Shown here: positions 37,761 through 48,645 of the stretch, in pieces
How the letters are laid out: every line of letters begins with the position of its first letter
Numbering within the stretch: position 1 is the stretch's first letter
Notes under the pieces: generated by a model
Databases searched by the model: none
Told to the model about the DNA's origin: nothing
The model's input: only the letters and a program-made list of their open reading frames with translations
Program-made: the position numbers and the translations under genes
Assembly: GCA_950097015.1 (NCBI GenBank)
Contig: CATNEN010000015.1
Location: 1,178,001 to 1,242,000 of the forward strand
Direction: 5' to 3'
DNA length: 64,000 bases
Source of the DNA: Macrostomum hystrix
Lineage: Eukaryota; Animalia; Platyhelminthes

Positions 37761-40700
37761 TGTTATGTAGTGAACGAAGGGAACAACGGATTTGTTGGCA
37801 GATTCCAAATTGAGCAGTTATCCTTTTGTGATAGCTTTGTGTCCGTATATTTATAGGTAGCTGATATGTTAAATCGAAAGTTCTAGAAAACACGGACTAT
37901 AGAAGGTTCTAGAATATTCTGGCCACAGAAGGTTCTAGAAACTACTAGCTTCCTCACTGCACTACTCATAGTGGCAGTATGCGTAAATTAGCATTCAGTC
38001 AGTCAATACACAACATCTTCCCCCTCTCCGCAAAATCAGTCAGTCAGAAGCCATAACACTGCACAGGTCGCCTCGGCCGACCGGATCGTCGTACCGGCGG
38101 GGTCGCTAGTCCCTGTGCTGGATCCGGTGCAGGCAAGGGATCTCCGCCTCCATCGTCCGGAACCGTGTGCTGTCCTTGAATGTCGATGAGCGGGTCGAGC
38201 TCGTCAGGCACCGGTGTCTCGGGGCTCAGGCGCATCGATGTTGGTACGAGTGCCTGCTGATTCCAGGTGCTGCCGTCGGTCAGTCGGCAAGCAGCGCCCA
38301 TCGTTTTGACGATCCGAAGCGGCGCCGAGAGCCGCGTTCCGAGCTTGCCCCGTCGTATTGGACGCCGCACCCGAACCCAGTCGCCGGCGCGCAGTGCCGG
38401 CGGTCGCGCTCTTCGCCGCTGGTCCGTGTAGGCTGCCGTCCGCTGCTGGCGCTCTTGGATTCGCTGGGCCATCTCGGTATGCGCAACCGCGTTGTCCTTA
38501 GACGGTGACAGCAGAGCCGGTCGCAGCTTGAAATTCTTCTCCGCTGTCTCGCAGGCGCCGCAGTCTCGGACGAACGTCTCGACGTCGGCGTCCATCTTTG
38601 GCCACCAGGCGAACTCGCGGAGCTGCTGCTTGGTGCGCACCACCCCCGGATGTCCAGAATGGGCCGCCTCCAGAAGCTCGCGCCGCAGCTGCAGGGGAAT
38701 GACGGCTCGTTCTTGGAGAGCCAGGCAGGCGCCGTCCTGCCAGACGCTGAGGTGCTCGCGGACCTTGAAGTACGGCTGCAGCTCGCTATCCGATGAAGAG
38801 CTCCAGTTGCCGCTTGTGACGTGCTGAATCACCTGTCGCAGAACCGCATCCTCGGCTGTGGCTATCGCTAGCTGCTGCGGGGTAACAACCCGTACCGGAG
38901 GCATCGCAGTGTCTGGTAGCTGGATGATGTTCATGTCGGAACCGCAGCTCCACCTAGACAGCATGTCGGCCACGAAGTTGCGGTTGCCCGGCAGGTATCG
39001 CACATGGAAGTCATATTGCTGAAACCTGTCGCACCACCGGTGGATGCGCAGCGGCCGATGTCCGGTGCCGCTGGGTCCCAGCAGGAGCTGGCGCAGCGCT
39101 TGGTGGTCGGTCCGCAGCTCGAAATGGCGCCCGTACAGGTAGTAGTGCCACTTCTCCATGGCCCACAGGCTCGCCAGCGCCTCTCGCTCGTTCGCTGCGT
39201 ATCGCTTCTCCGTCTCGGTCAGGGCCCGGGCGGCGAAGGCGATCGGCCTCTCGATGCCATCTTGGACCTGGGACAGCTGCGCACCGAGGGACTCTGCACT
39301 GGCGTCGCTAGTGACAATCGTCTCGGCCCCTGGGTCGAAGTGGGCTAGGACCGGCGGACTGCAGATTGCCGCTTTCAACGTTTCGAATGCCTTCTCGCAC
39401 TCCGTCGACCATTCGAACACCGCGTCGCTTTTCAGCAGAGGCCGCAGTGGCGCCGTTACCTCCGCGAAGTTGGGCACGAACCGCATCAGATAGTTGGCGG
39501 ATCCCAGGAACGCCTGCAGCTCCTTCCTGTTGGTCGGCGGGCGCAGCTCGCTGAAGGCCTTGGTCTGACTCTCAGACGGTCGCATGCCGTTGGCTGAGAA
39601 GATGAAGCCAAAGAACTCAATCTCAGTCCTCCGCAGCTGGCACTTGTCCTTGTTGGCAGTGAGACCGGCGTCCTCCAATCGCTTCAGCAGTGCTCGCAGC
39701 CTCGAGTCGTGCTCGGCTTCAGTTGCTCCGAAGACGATGAAGTCGTCCAGGATGTGCTCAACACCCTGCAGATCAGACACCAGGTCGTCCAGCATCCTCT
39801 GGAATGCCGCCGGTGCAGAAGCAAGGCCGAACGGCACCCTGCAGTAGCGATACAGACCCTGGTGAGTAATGAATGCTGTCAGGTCACGTGATGACTCGTG
39901 CAGCTTCATCTGCATGTATCCTGCCTTAAGGTCGATCTTGGAGAACACGCTGCCTCCGGCCGCTTTGATCTTGGCCGAGATCTCGTCCAGCTGCGGCATC
40001 GGGTGCCGGTCGATGACGAGCGACTTGTTCGGCTCTCGCACGTCAATGCAGACTCGAATATTTCCGTCCTTCTTGTTAGCGACAACCAAGTTGGAGATCC
40101 ATGGGCTGGAATTCACCCGTTCGATGATTCCCATGGCCTCCAGACGGTCCAGCTCCTCGCCGACTTGTTGCTGCTTAGCGAGCGGAAGTCGACGGAGCGG
40201 CTGCTGCACTGGTGGCACCGCTGCGTTAATCCTCGGTTTGTGCACTGCGCCTTTGCAGAGACCGATCGAGCCGCTGAAGACCGTTGGGAACTCTCGCTCG
40301 ATGTCTACGCTGGCGATCTCGGCACCGATCTCAGCTGGCAGCTGCAGTTGCACGCGGAAGCCTAGCTTCTCCATCAGGTCGCGGCCGATGAGGTTCTCGC
40401 CAGACCTCGTGACGTAGAAGTCGTGTTGGAGCTCACGGCTGTGGTGCTTGACGGGCACTGTTGCGATCCCAGCTAGGGCGATCAGCTTCCCACCGTAGGC
40501 TCGTAGCCTCATCGACGACGTTCTTAGGCGAATGTCGCCCAAGCTCCGTGCCGTGGCCTCGTTCAGCAGAGACACCTTGGCACCGCAGTCGACCATCAGG
40601 GTGACGGTCTTTCGGATGCTGCCGAGCTGAAGGTCTGCGCGGACCTCGTTGTTGCCGTGGACTGCGTAGATTGTCTCTTCCGCGCTGACCTGCATTGTCT

Positions 40701-41767
40701 TATTGCGGCAGCATCGGCTGAAGTGATTCAGTTTGCCGCAGTTGTTGCACTTCTTGCCGTGCGCGGGACATTGGGCTTTGCCATCATGGCTGCGGCCGCA
40801 TCGCTGGCAGGATCCTCCGGCTTGCTGCCCTGGCTTCTTCTTGGACGGAGCGCCATGGTGACCTCGGGGTCTGGCCTCCTGCACAGCCTGGACATTTCCT
40901 GAAGAGCCGGCTGCTGCCATCGCCTTGCTGCCTGCCGCTGCCTCCTCGATAGTCGTCGCGATCACGATGGCTTGGTCCAGTGTCAGCCTGGCGGCGTCCT
41001 CAGTCAGCAGGCGCTCACGAATCCGGCTGCTGCTGGTTTTCTGGGCCAGCTGGTCGCGGATCATTTCGTCAGCCATTGCTCCGTAGTTGCAGGTGGCTGA
41101 CAGCTCGCGTAGTGCTGCGACAAACGTGACTGCGTCCTCTCCGGGCAGCTGATGTCGCTCCCGGAATCGGTGACGCGCCAACATCACGTTTGGCCGGTCG
41201 CCAAACACAGTCGTCAGCATGTCGCGGGTTTGCCAGAAGGTGTGGCCGTCGACAATCGCGTTGCGTGCCCTGGCAATCCGCTGCCCTTCGAAACCGAGCA
41301 GGTGCAGCAGCATGTTGCGGCTCCTCGTTGCCAGTCGCGTAGCTTCCTCTGTTGGAGCTTCGCCCTCTGCCGGCCGGTCAGTCCAGATCTGCGCCGCTTG
41401 GCAATAGATATCGAAAGCGTCTAGCCATCGATTCCATGGAACTGCTGGAGGTCCGCTTGCCGGCAGGTACGGTGTCGGTGGGCTAACGTTGAGGGCCATC
41501 CTCGTCGCCAGTTGTTATGTAGTGAACGAAGGGAACAACGGATTTGTTGGCAGATTCCAAATTGAGCAGTTATCCTTTTGTGATAGCTTTGTGTCCGTAT
41601 ATTTATAGGTAGCTGATATGTTAAATCGAAAGTTCTAGAAAACACGGACTATAGAAGGTTCTAGAATATTCTGGCCACAGAAGGTTCTAGAAACTACTAG
41701 CTTCCTCACTGCACTACTCATAGTGGCAGTATGCGTAAATTAGCATTCAGTCAGTCAATACACAACA
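37761..41767 (-). mobile_element. Ty3/Gypsy (Mag-like) LTR retrotransposon, 4007 bp. LTRs 37761-38015 and 41513-41767, 5-bp TSD GGTGT
   Basis: 255-bp LTRs appear identical by eye, TG..CA ends, PBS TGGCGACGAGG, PPT AGAGGGGGAAGA, TSD at 37756-37760 and 41768-41772. Confidence 0.96.
38044..41499 (-). CDS. Gag-Pol polyprotein (1151 aa): Gag with two zinc knuckles, protease, RT, RNase H, integrase zinc finger and C-terminal domain; integrase DDE core missing
   Basis: CQRCGRSH..CPAHGKKCNNCGKLNHFSRCC; VDCGAKVSLL; FSKIDLKAGY, VPFGLASAP, ILDD; SDASAESLG, ELRTDHQAL; AHSGHPG...CGAC then directly AQRIQERQQR...GDWVRVR. Confidence 0.92.
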   Translation of the reverse strand: MALNVSPPTPYLPASGPPAVPWNRWLDAFDIYCQAAQIWTDRPAEGEAPTEEATRLATRSRNMLLHLLGFEGQRIARARNAIVDGHTFWQTRDMLTTVFGDRPNVMLARHRFRERHQLPGEDAVTFVAALRELSATCNYGAMADEMIRDQLAQKTSSSRIRERLLTEDAARLTLDQAIVIATTIEEAAAGSKAMAAAGSSGNVQAVQEARPRGHHGAPSKKKPGQQAGGSCQRCGRSHDGKAQCPAHGKKCNNCGKLNHFSRCCRNKTMQVSAEETIYAVHGNNEVRADLQLGSIRKTVTLMVDCGAKVSLLNEATARSLGDIRLRTSSMRLRAYGGKLIALAGIATVPVKHHSRELQHDFYVTRSGENLIGRDLMEKLGFRVQLQLPAEIGAEIASVDIEREFPTVFSGSIGLCKGAVHKPRINAAVPPVQQPLRRLPLAKQQQVGEELDRLEAMGIIERVNSSPWISNLVVANKKDGNIRVCIDVREPNKSLVIDRHPMPQLDEISAKIKAAGGSVFSKIDLKAGYMQMKLHESSRDLTAFITHQGLYRYCRVPFGLASAPAAFQRMLDDLVSDLQGVEHILDDFIVFGATEAEHDSRLRALLKRLEDAGLTANKDKCQLRRTEIEFFGFIFSANGMRPSESQTKAFSELRPPTNRKELQAFLGSANYLMRFVPNFAEVTAPLRPLLKSDAVFEWSTECEKAFETLKAAICSPPVLAHFDPGAETIVTSDASAESLGAQLSQVQDGIERPIAFAARALTETEKRYAANEREALASLWAMEKWHYYLYGRHFELRTDHQALRQLLLGPSGTGHRPLRIHRWCDRFQQYDFHVRYLPGNRNFVADMLSRWSCGSDMNIIQLPDTAMPPVRVVTPQQLAIATAEDAVLRQVIQHVTSGNWSSSSDSELQPYFKVREHLSVWQDGACLALQERAVIPLQLRRELLEAAHSGHPGVVRTKQQLREFAWWPKMDADVETFVRDCGACETAEKNFKLRPALLSPSKDNAVAHTEMAQRIQERQQRTAAYTDQRRRARPPALRAGDWVRVRRPIRRGKLGTRLSAPLRIVKTMGAACRLTDGSTWNQQALVPTSMRLSPETPVPDELDPLIDIQGQHTVPDDGGGDPLPAPDPAQGLATPPVRRSGRPRRPVQCYGF

Positions 41768-44700
41768 GGTGTAGCATGAAATATTGACGGAAGCATGACT
41801 TATCGAAGGTGTAGCATGAACTATTGACGGAAGCATGAACTATCGAGGGTTTAGCATGAAACATTGACGGAAGCATGACTTATCGAGGGTGTAGCATGAA
41901 ATATTGACGGAAGCATGACTTATCGAGGGTGTAGCATGAAATATTGACGGAAGCATGAACTATCGAGGGTGTAGCATGAAATATTGACGGAAGCATGACT
42001 TATCGAGGGTTTAGCATGAACTATTGACGGAAGCATGACTTATCGAAGGTGTAGCATGAAATATTGACGGAAGCATGACTTATCGAAGGTGTAGCATGAA
42101 CTATTGACGGAAGCATGACTTATCGAAGGTGTAGCATGAACTATTGACGGAAGCATGACTTATCGAAGGTGTAGCATGAACTATTGACGGAAGCATGACT
42201 TATCGAAGGTGTAGCATGAACTATTGACGGAAGCATGACTTATCGAGGGTGTAGCATGAAATATTGACGGAAGCATGACTTATCGAGGGTGTAGCATGAA
42301 CTATTGACGGAAGCATGACTTATCGAGGGTGTAGCATGAAACATTGACGGAAGCATGACTTATCGAGGGTGTAGCATGAAACATTGACGGAAGCATGACT
42401 TATCGAGGGTGTAGCATGAAACATTGACGGAAGCATGACTTATCGAGGGTGTAGCATGAAACATTGACGGAAGCATGACTTATCGAGGGTGTAGCATGAA
42501 ACATTGACGGAAGCATGACTTATCGAGGGTGTAGCATGAAACATTGACGGAAGCATGACTTATCGAGGGTGTAGCATGAAACATCGACGGAAGCATGACT
42601 TATCGAGGGTGTAGCATGAAATATTGACGGAAGCATGACTTATCGAAGGTGTAGCATGAACTATTGACGGAAGCATGACTTATCGAAGGTGTAGCATGAA
42701 CTATTGACGGAAGCATGACTTATCGAGGGTGTAGCATGAAATATTGACGGAAGCATGAACTATCGAGGGTGTAGCATGAAATATTGACGGAAGCATGACT
42801 TATCGAGGGTGTAGCATGAAATATTGACGGAAGCATGAACTATCGAGGGTGTAGCATGAAATATTGACGGAAGCATGACTTATCGAGGGTTTAGCATGAA
42901 CTATTGACGGAAGCATGACTTATCGAAGGTGTAGCATGAAATATTGACGGAAGCATGACTTATCGAAGGTGTAGCATGAACTATTGACGGAAGCATGACT
43001 TATCGAAGGTGTAGCATGAACTATTGACGGAAGCATGACTTATCGAAGGTGTAGCATGAACTATTGACGGAAGCATGACTTATCGAAGGTGTAGCATGAA
43101 CTATTGACGGAAGCATGACTTATCGAGGGTGTAGCATGAAATATTGACGGAAGCATGACTTATCGAGGGTGTAGCATGAACTATTGACGGAAGCATGACT
43201 TATCGAGGGTGTAGCATGAAACATTGACGGAAGCATGACTTATCGAGGGTGTAGCATGAAACATTGACGGAAGCATGACTTATCGAGGGTGTAGCATGAA
43301 CTATTGACGGAAGCATGACTTATCGAGGGTGTAGCATGAAACATTGACGGAAGCATGACTTATCGAGGGTGTAGCATGAAACATTGACGGAAGCATGACT
43401 TATCGAGGGTGTAGCATGAAACATTGACGGAAGCATGACTTATCGAGGGTGTAGCATGAAACATCGACGGAAGCATGACTTATCGAGGGTGTAGCATGAA
43501 ATATTGACGGAAGCATGACTTATCGGAGGTGTAGCATGAAACATTGACGGAAGCATGAACTATCGAGGGTGTAGCATGAAACATTGACGGAAGCATGAAC
43601 TATCGAGGGTGTAGCATGAAATATTGACGGAAGCATGACTTATCGAAGGTGTAGCATGAAATATTGACGGAAGCATGAACTATCGAGGGTGTAGCATGAA
43701 ACATTGACGGAAGCATGACTTATCGAGGGTGTAGCATGAAATATTGACGGAAGCATGACTTATCGAAGGTGTAGCATGAACTATTGACGGAAGCATGAAC
43801 TATCGAGGGTTTAGCATGAAACATTGACGGAAGCATGACTTATCGAGGGTGTAGCATGAAATATTGACGGAAGCATGACTTATCGAGGGTGTAGCATGAA
43901 ACATTGACGGAAGCATGACTTATCGAAGGTGTAGCATGAACTATTGACGGAAGCATGACTTATCGAGGGTGTAGCATGAAATATTGACGGAAGCATGACT
44001 TATCGAAGGTGTAGCATGAACTATTGACGGAAGCATGACTTATCGAAGGTGTAGCATGAACTATTGACGGAAGCATGACTTATCGAGGGTGTAGCATGAA
44101 ATATTGACGGAAGCATGAACTATTGAGGGTGTAGCATGAAATATTGACGGAAGCATGACTTATCGAGGGTGTAGCATGAACTATTGACGGAAGCATGAAC
44201 TATCGAGGGTGTAGCATGAAATATTGACGGAAGCATGACTTATCGAGGGTTTAGCATGAACTATTGACGGAAGCATGACTTATCGAGGGTGTAGCATGAA
44301 ATATTGACGGAAGCATGACTTATCGAAGGTGTAGCATGAACTATTGACGGAAGCATGACTTATCGAAGGTGTAGCATGAACTATTGACGGAAGCATGACT
44401 TATCGAGGGTGTAGCATGAAATATTGACGGAAGCATGAACTATCGAGGGTGTAGCATGAACTATTGACGGAAGCAAGAACTATCGAGGGTTTAGCATGAA
44501 ACATTGACGGAAGCATGAACTATCGAGAGGGTAGCATGAAATATTGACGGAAGCATGAACTATCGAGAGGGCAGCATGTGTTTTCAATGGGGTTGCATAA
44601 TTAATTTCGGGTGTAGCATAAATTATTGACCGGAAGGATAAATTTTTCGAGTGAACTTCAATAAAGTGTATTATTCCGGGAGCTTCGGTAAATATTGAGA

Positions 44701-47361
44701 GTAGCATGATTGTTGCAAGGTGCAGGAGCTCAATAATAGTAATAGCAATGACAGCACGGCGAGGCGAAGTGGACAACGAGAAGATAAGGCGAGATAACAA
44801 GAACTAGAACCGGACAGGACAGGACAAGCACGAGAACCAGAACGAGAACCAGGACAGACTCAGAACCAGAACCAGAACCAGTGGGGCGCGAGCGGGCCTA
44901 AAGCCCTTAGTTAAATAAGCTTAGTAAACTGCAGAACAGGGCGATCGATAACTCTAGAAACTGGCCTTAGCCAATGAGCGTGTAAGTACACTGGTCTGGG
45001 AAGACGACAATTTAAACATTAGCAAAACCAAGCTGTGGCGGCGCGATGTGCACCAACGCCTACTAACAGTAACACTCTAAGAATTACAGCTTAACCATAC
45101 GAACTGAGAAATGGATGAAAACCAGATGACATCAGTAAAACGGCTCTAGTTAGTACACACGTAAATTAGCTATGTAAATTAATACGTAAAGTAAATTGCT
45201 AGGGGCGCTCTCAACAAGTGACAACGTCACAGTGTGTTCTTCTTCCTCAAAAGGGAGTTTTGGTTGCTAGAAAAAAGTACTTGAAAATTTTTTTTAAGTA
45301 AAACTGATCATCTTTAACACGTATTGTTATAATTATCACTTAATTTTCATTTAAAAGTAGTAGAAACACTTTGCTACTAAACTTTTATGAGGCATACTTC
45401 ATTGGATAGATGATTTGTAAGCACTAGCGCTATATGCATTGGCCTGTTTATTGATACTTAAAATATACTTAAGTGGGAACATATTATGATGTCAAAAATG
45501 GGGAAGTACGACTTAAATAGAGAACATTAATAAACACAAAAAATCTTAATGGAGGGTCTGCACCTAAAGTTTAAACAGAAACTGGGATATAAAAGACATT
45601 TTGATCATGAAAAAGGAACAGGAGATCAAGTAGCACACTGATCTACTACTGAGATCAGTAGTACTATTGATTTACTAATTGGGATTTAATTAGTAAATAT
45701 TAAAATTAAAAGGACAAGTGGCATTGTTGCTTCCAATTGAAGAATTCTTTCTACGAAGCCTGGAATCTTCCTGATATTTCCGAGCATGCCTGATAAGACA
45801 GGCAAATATATTGTTATAGAACAGCGCTGAAGAGTTTGCGTGTTAATCAGACACACGAAACTCCCACTTCTAGACAATGGGGAACAATTGCCTAGGAATT
45901 TATAAAAGTCACGTGACACTTACTGCAATTGCTTCTTCTTCCTTAAGTAGTTCGTAGTCTTCTGGGTCCTTGTAATCCGGTAGTTCTTCTTCTTCTTATT
46001 CTGGTCGACCGTGAGGTTTCGAGTCTGTGTTTCTTGAGTCTTGGTAGTCTTGTCTTCTTTTGTCTTCCTGGCAGCTGCTTGAGTTTGTCTGTTGGCCAAT
46101 AAATGACGAGAGCGAATCAGATTACTTGACGGTTTCCTCGAGCTCGGAATTCACAATAGAAACGTGCGCCCTAGTGAACAATTGAAATCTCTCGTGTATA
46201 TCTCTAATAGGTCCTCCTGAAGGGCGTCTTCTTCGTTACCTCCGAAAGATAACGGATAACTCAAATCAAATCAATCAATAATCCTCTAGGAATGTATCCT
46301 AGGAAACAAGGAGGCCTTTCTCAAAAGTATCGACGATATGTGGCTCTCGTAAACTTAATTCAATTCAACAAAGACCGCTAGCGATAAATAACTCTGTCTA
46401 GTAAAGCGCTTACCACTTGTCTTTCCCTCAGAGATGAGTCCTCTTCTTCGTAGGGTGTTTTGAAGTCCGGTGGACCTCTCCGAGTCTGAATTTTTAGCTC
46501 GGATTTTCGCTTGTATTTATAGTAAAATTTTGGGGAAAAACCGGTTCTACTACCGGGTGTTTACATTGGGCATACATGTTTGCACAGTGAGGTCAGACTT
46601 GTTTGATCAGCTGCGTTTTGGGGGGTTTTCAGGTGAACATTACCATATTTGGAATATTGTGTAAATACAGGTGCAGAAACCGATGAGTCATGTTTGCTTC
46701 AAGTAAATACAGCTGTCGAGAACCAGTTCTCCGATTTCATGTCACATGACTTGCTTCAAAAATAGCGCATGACTCATTCCTAAAAATAGATTAAACATTA
46801 TAGCTAAGGTTTCCTTGTGACATTACTTTAAGTAGCGCGTTAAGTAAAAACATATTTTACAACTCTCTACAATATCTCCCTTTTTTACGAAAAAATTCGT
46901 CCCGAATTTATTGTTGACAATTAAAATTTTGGCATAAAAATTTAGGAGAATATACTTATATGTACGTATTTGTTGAAACAGTTGTGTGGTAGAATTTTAT
47001 AGATTTACAAAAACATAGTGAAACAGTGGATAATTCGATTTAAAACTTGTACCTAAAGCGTGAGAGTGAATACCATCACCGAGCAGTAGCAATAGTTACC
47101 AGCTACGAACGTATTAGTTAGTGGTAATTGTAGACAAAATTGTAATTAAGAGGCAATAGTGAATGTAAGTAGAAGAAAAGTGTTTGGATTTTTGTTCACC
47201 CATAGATCATGTTGTTTAGGTGTGTTTGGTGTTGTCGCCTTATTTTTTCCACCAGCTTGCTTATGGGCCAGAAAAGTTTTTGCAGTGGTGTGTAAGTAGT
47301 TTCTTCGGTCCGTTCCATTAGCATGAGGAAGGTGTCGAACGCCGTTGGTTCTCCTGGACTT

Positions 47362-47814
47362 TCAGCAATATTGTGGGCGAGCAGTAAGAGCCTTTGACGA
47401 TATGATTTTTAGACGCCAAGTTATTGGCCACGATTTTATGTTAATCGTTAAGTCGTTTATGCTGGCCTCCTCGCAGTTAGTTTCGTCTAGTAGGAGATCG
47501 AGGTGTATGGGCGTCATGTTGGTGATCGTTTTAGTATTGTCCAACATCTTCTCTAAACAGTCTGGACAGGAAGCGATGTTTCGTCGTGCCATTGATTGTA
47601 AGCAGCTAAAACAACTCCAATGTCGATTTTCGCACAATCGTATGTTGGGTTGTTCGTTGCATAGGACGCACCATACTCGGCTCCTGCGACACAGCGGACA
47701 TGTAGGTAGTGGGCCCTGGCTTGTGCAGTTTAGACAGACTTTATGCCCCCATTCGCATACTGGAACCAGATCTAGGCGTTCGTCGAGGCAGATGGGTCAC
47801 AACTCTCGATTCAT
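47362..47814 (-). pseudogene. Accessory double-RING protein 2, with in-frame TGA at 47799-47797 replacing the first Cys
   Basis: My translation: MNREL*PICLDERLDLVPVCEWGHKVCLNC..TCPLCRR..WCVLC..RLCENRHWSCFSC..ASCPDC, paralogous to 48122-48487. Confidence 0.82.
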
Positions 47815-47827
47815 CTGTTGAAATGTT

Positions 47828-48097
47828 TTAATAATATTCTGATTCAGAGTTATTATACTGGTATGTTTCTTGAGATGGTAGTATATATGATAGATCCTCG
47901 TTTCGCAAAATTAGTGTGGGAAGAATTGTACAGAAAATGGGACAGGGATGAAGATTCATGTCATCGACAAGATTAAACAGTTTTTGTGCAATATCATGTA
48001 TGGACAATTGTCTAAGCTCAGGGCCGTATTGCAATGAGTATCGTACGCTCGTACAATGTTTTTACGCGTTTTGTGAGCAATTCGTGGTATAGGCCAT
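47828..48097 (-). pseudogene. Small accessory ORF of unknown function with one internal TAA (48064-48062)
   Basis: ATG 48097 MAYTTNCSQNA*KHCTSVRYSLQYGPELRQ... stays in frame with the 68-aa ORF in the track. Confidence 0.45.
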
Positions 48098-48121
48098 GCT
48101 TTTAGAAGTTGAATTATCTTA

Positions 48122-48487
48122 TTAGAGGAAAAAAAGAGTATAGGTTAATGGATGAAGTTGGCAACCATAATTTGGTTTAATACGCGCAAGTTTGTTATAA
48201 ATCATGAATAGTGGGGTATTATTGCAAACAGGACATTGGAAAATGGCTCGATAGACAAACTTCTTCATGCATTGCGGACACATAAAATGTTGGTTTTGAC
48301 AGTATTGTACAGTTCGCCATGAGTTACATATCATACATTGGCGGAGATTTCCACGGCACAGAGGACAGTTTTTTAATGGTTTTTTGTAGTGTGCGAGGCT
48401 TAAGCAAGAACCGCAAACATGGTGTTTATTGACACATATACATGGTAGTTTACATGAGAATTCTGTAAGACAGACAGGACAGTCCAT
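48122..48487 (-). CDS. Accessory double-RING (C3HC4-like x2) protein 1
   Basis: CPVC..C.NKHHVCGSC..CPLC followed by CMIC..CQNQHFMCPQC..CPVC. Confidence 0.85.
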   Translation of the reverse strand: MDCPVCLTEFSCKLPCICVNKHHVCGSCLSLAHYKKPLKNCPLCRGNLRQCMICNSWRTVQYCQNQHFMCPQCMKKFVYRAIFQCPVCNNTPLFMIYNKLARIKPNYGCQLHPLTYTLFFL

Positions 48488-48645
48488 GGTAGTGTTCGCG
48501 AAAATTGTGTGGGCGTTTGCAGAGAGCAGAGGTTTAGTCGCCTTTTACGACAAGCTTGAGAAGCTGTAGTGTTATTCTTAATCCCGGTCACTACACGGGG
48601 AACAATAAACGAGTAATTTAACGAGGGCGTAGGTTATACGTATGA

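Larger units (their letters stand above)
37060..44580. repeat. 40-bp satellite (TATCGAGGGTGTAGCATGAAATATTGACGGAAGCATGACT), split by a Gypsy insertion at 37761-41767
   Basis: Period 40; each unit consists of two related ~20-bp halves ending in AGCATGA. Confidence 0.97.

Noticed and set aside
38167-41424. Plus-strand ORFs overlapping the Gypsy polyprotein
   Set aside because: Antisense shadows of a GC-rich coding region with no independent domain signal.
1-44580. CRISPR-like appearance of regular repeats
   Set aside because: Units are contiguous with no unique spacers, there are no cas genes, and the DNA is eukaryotic.
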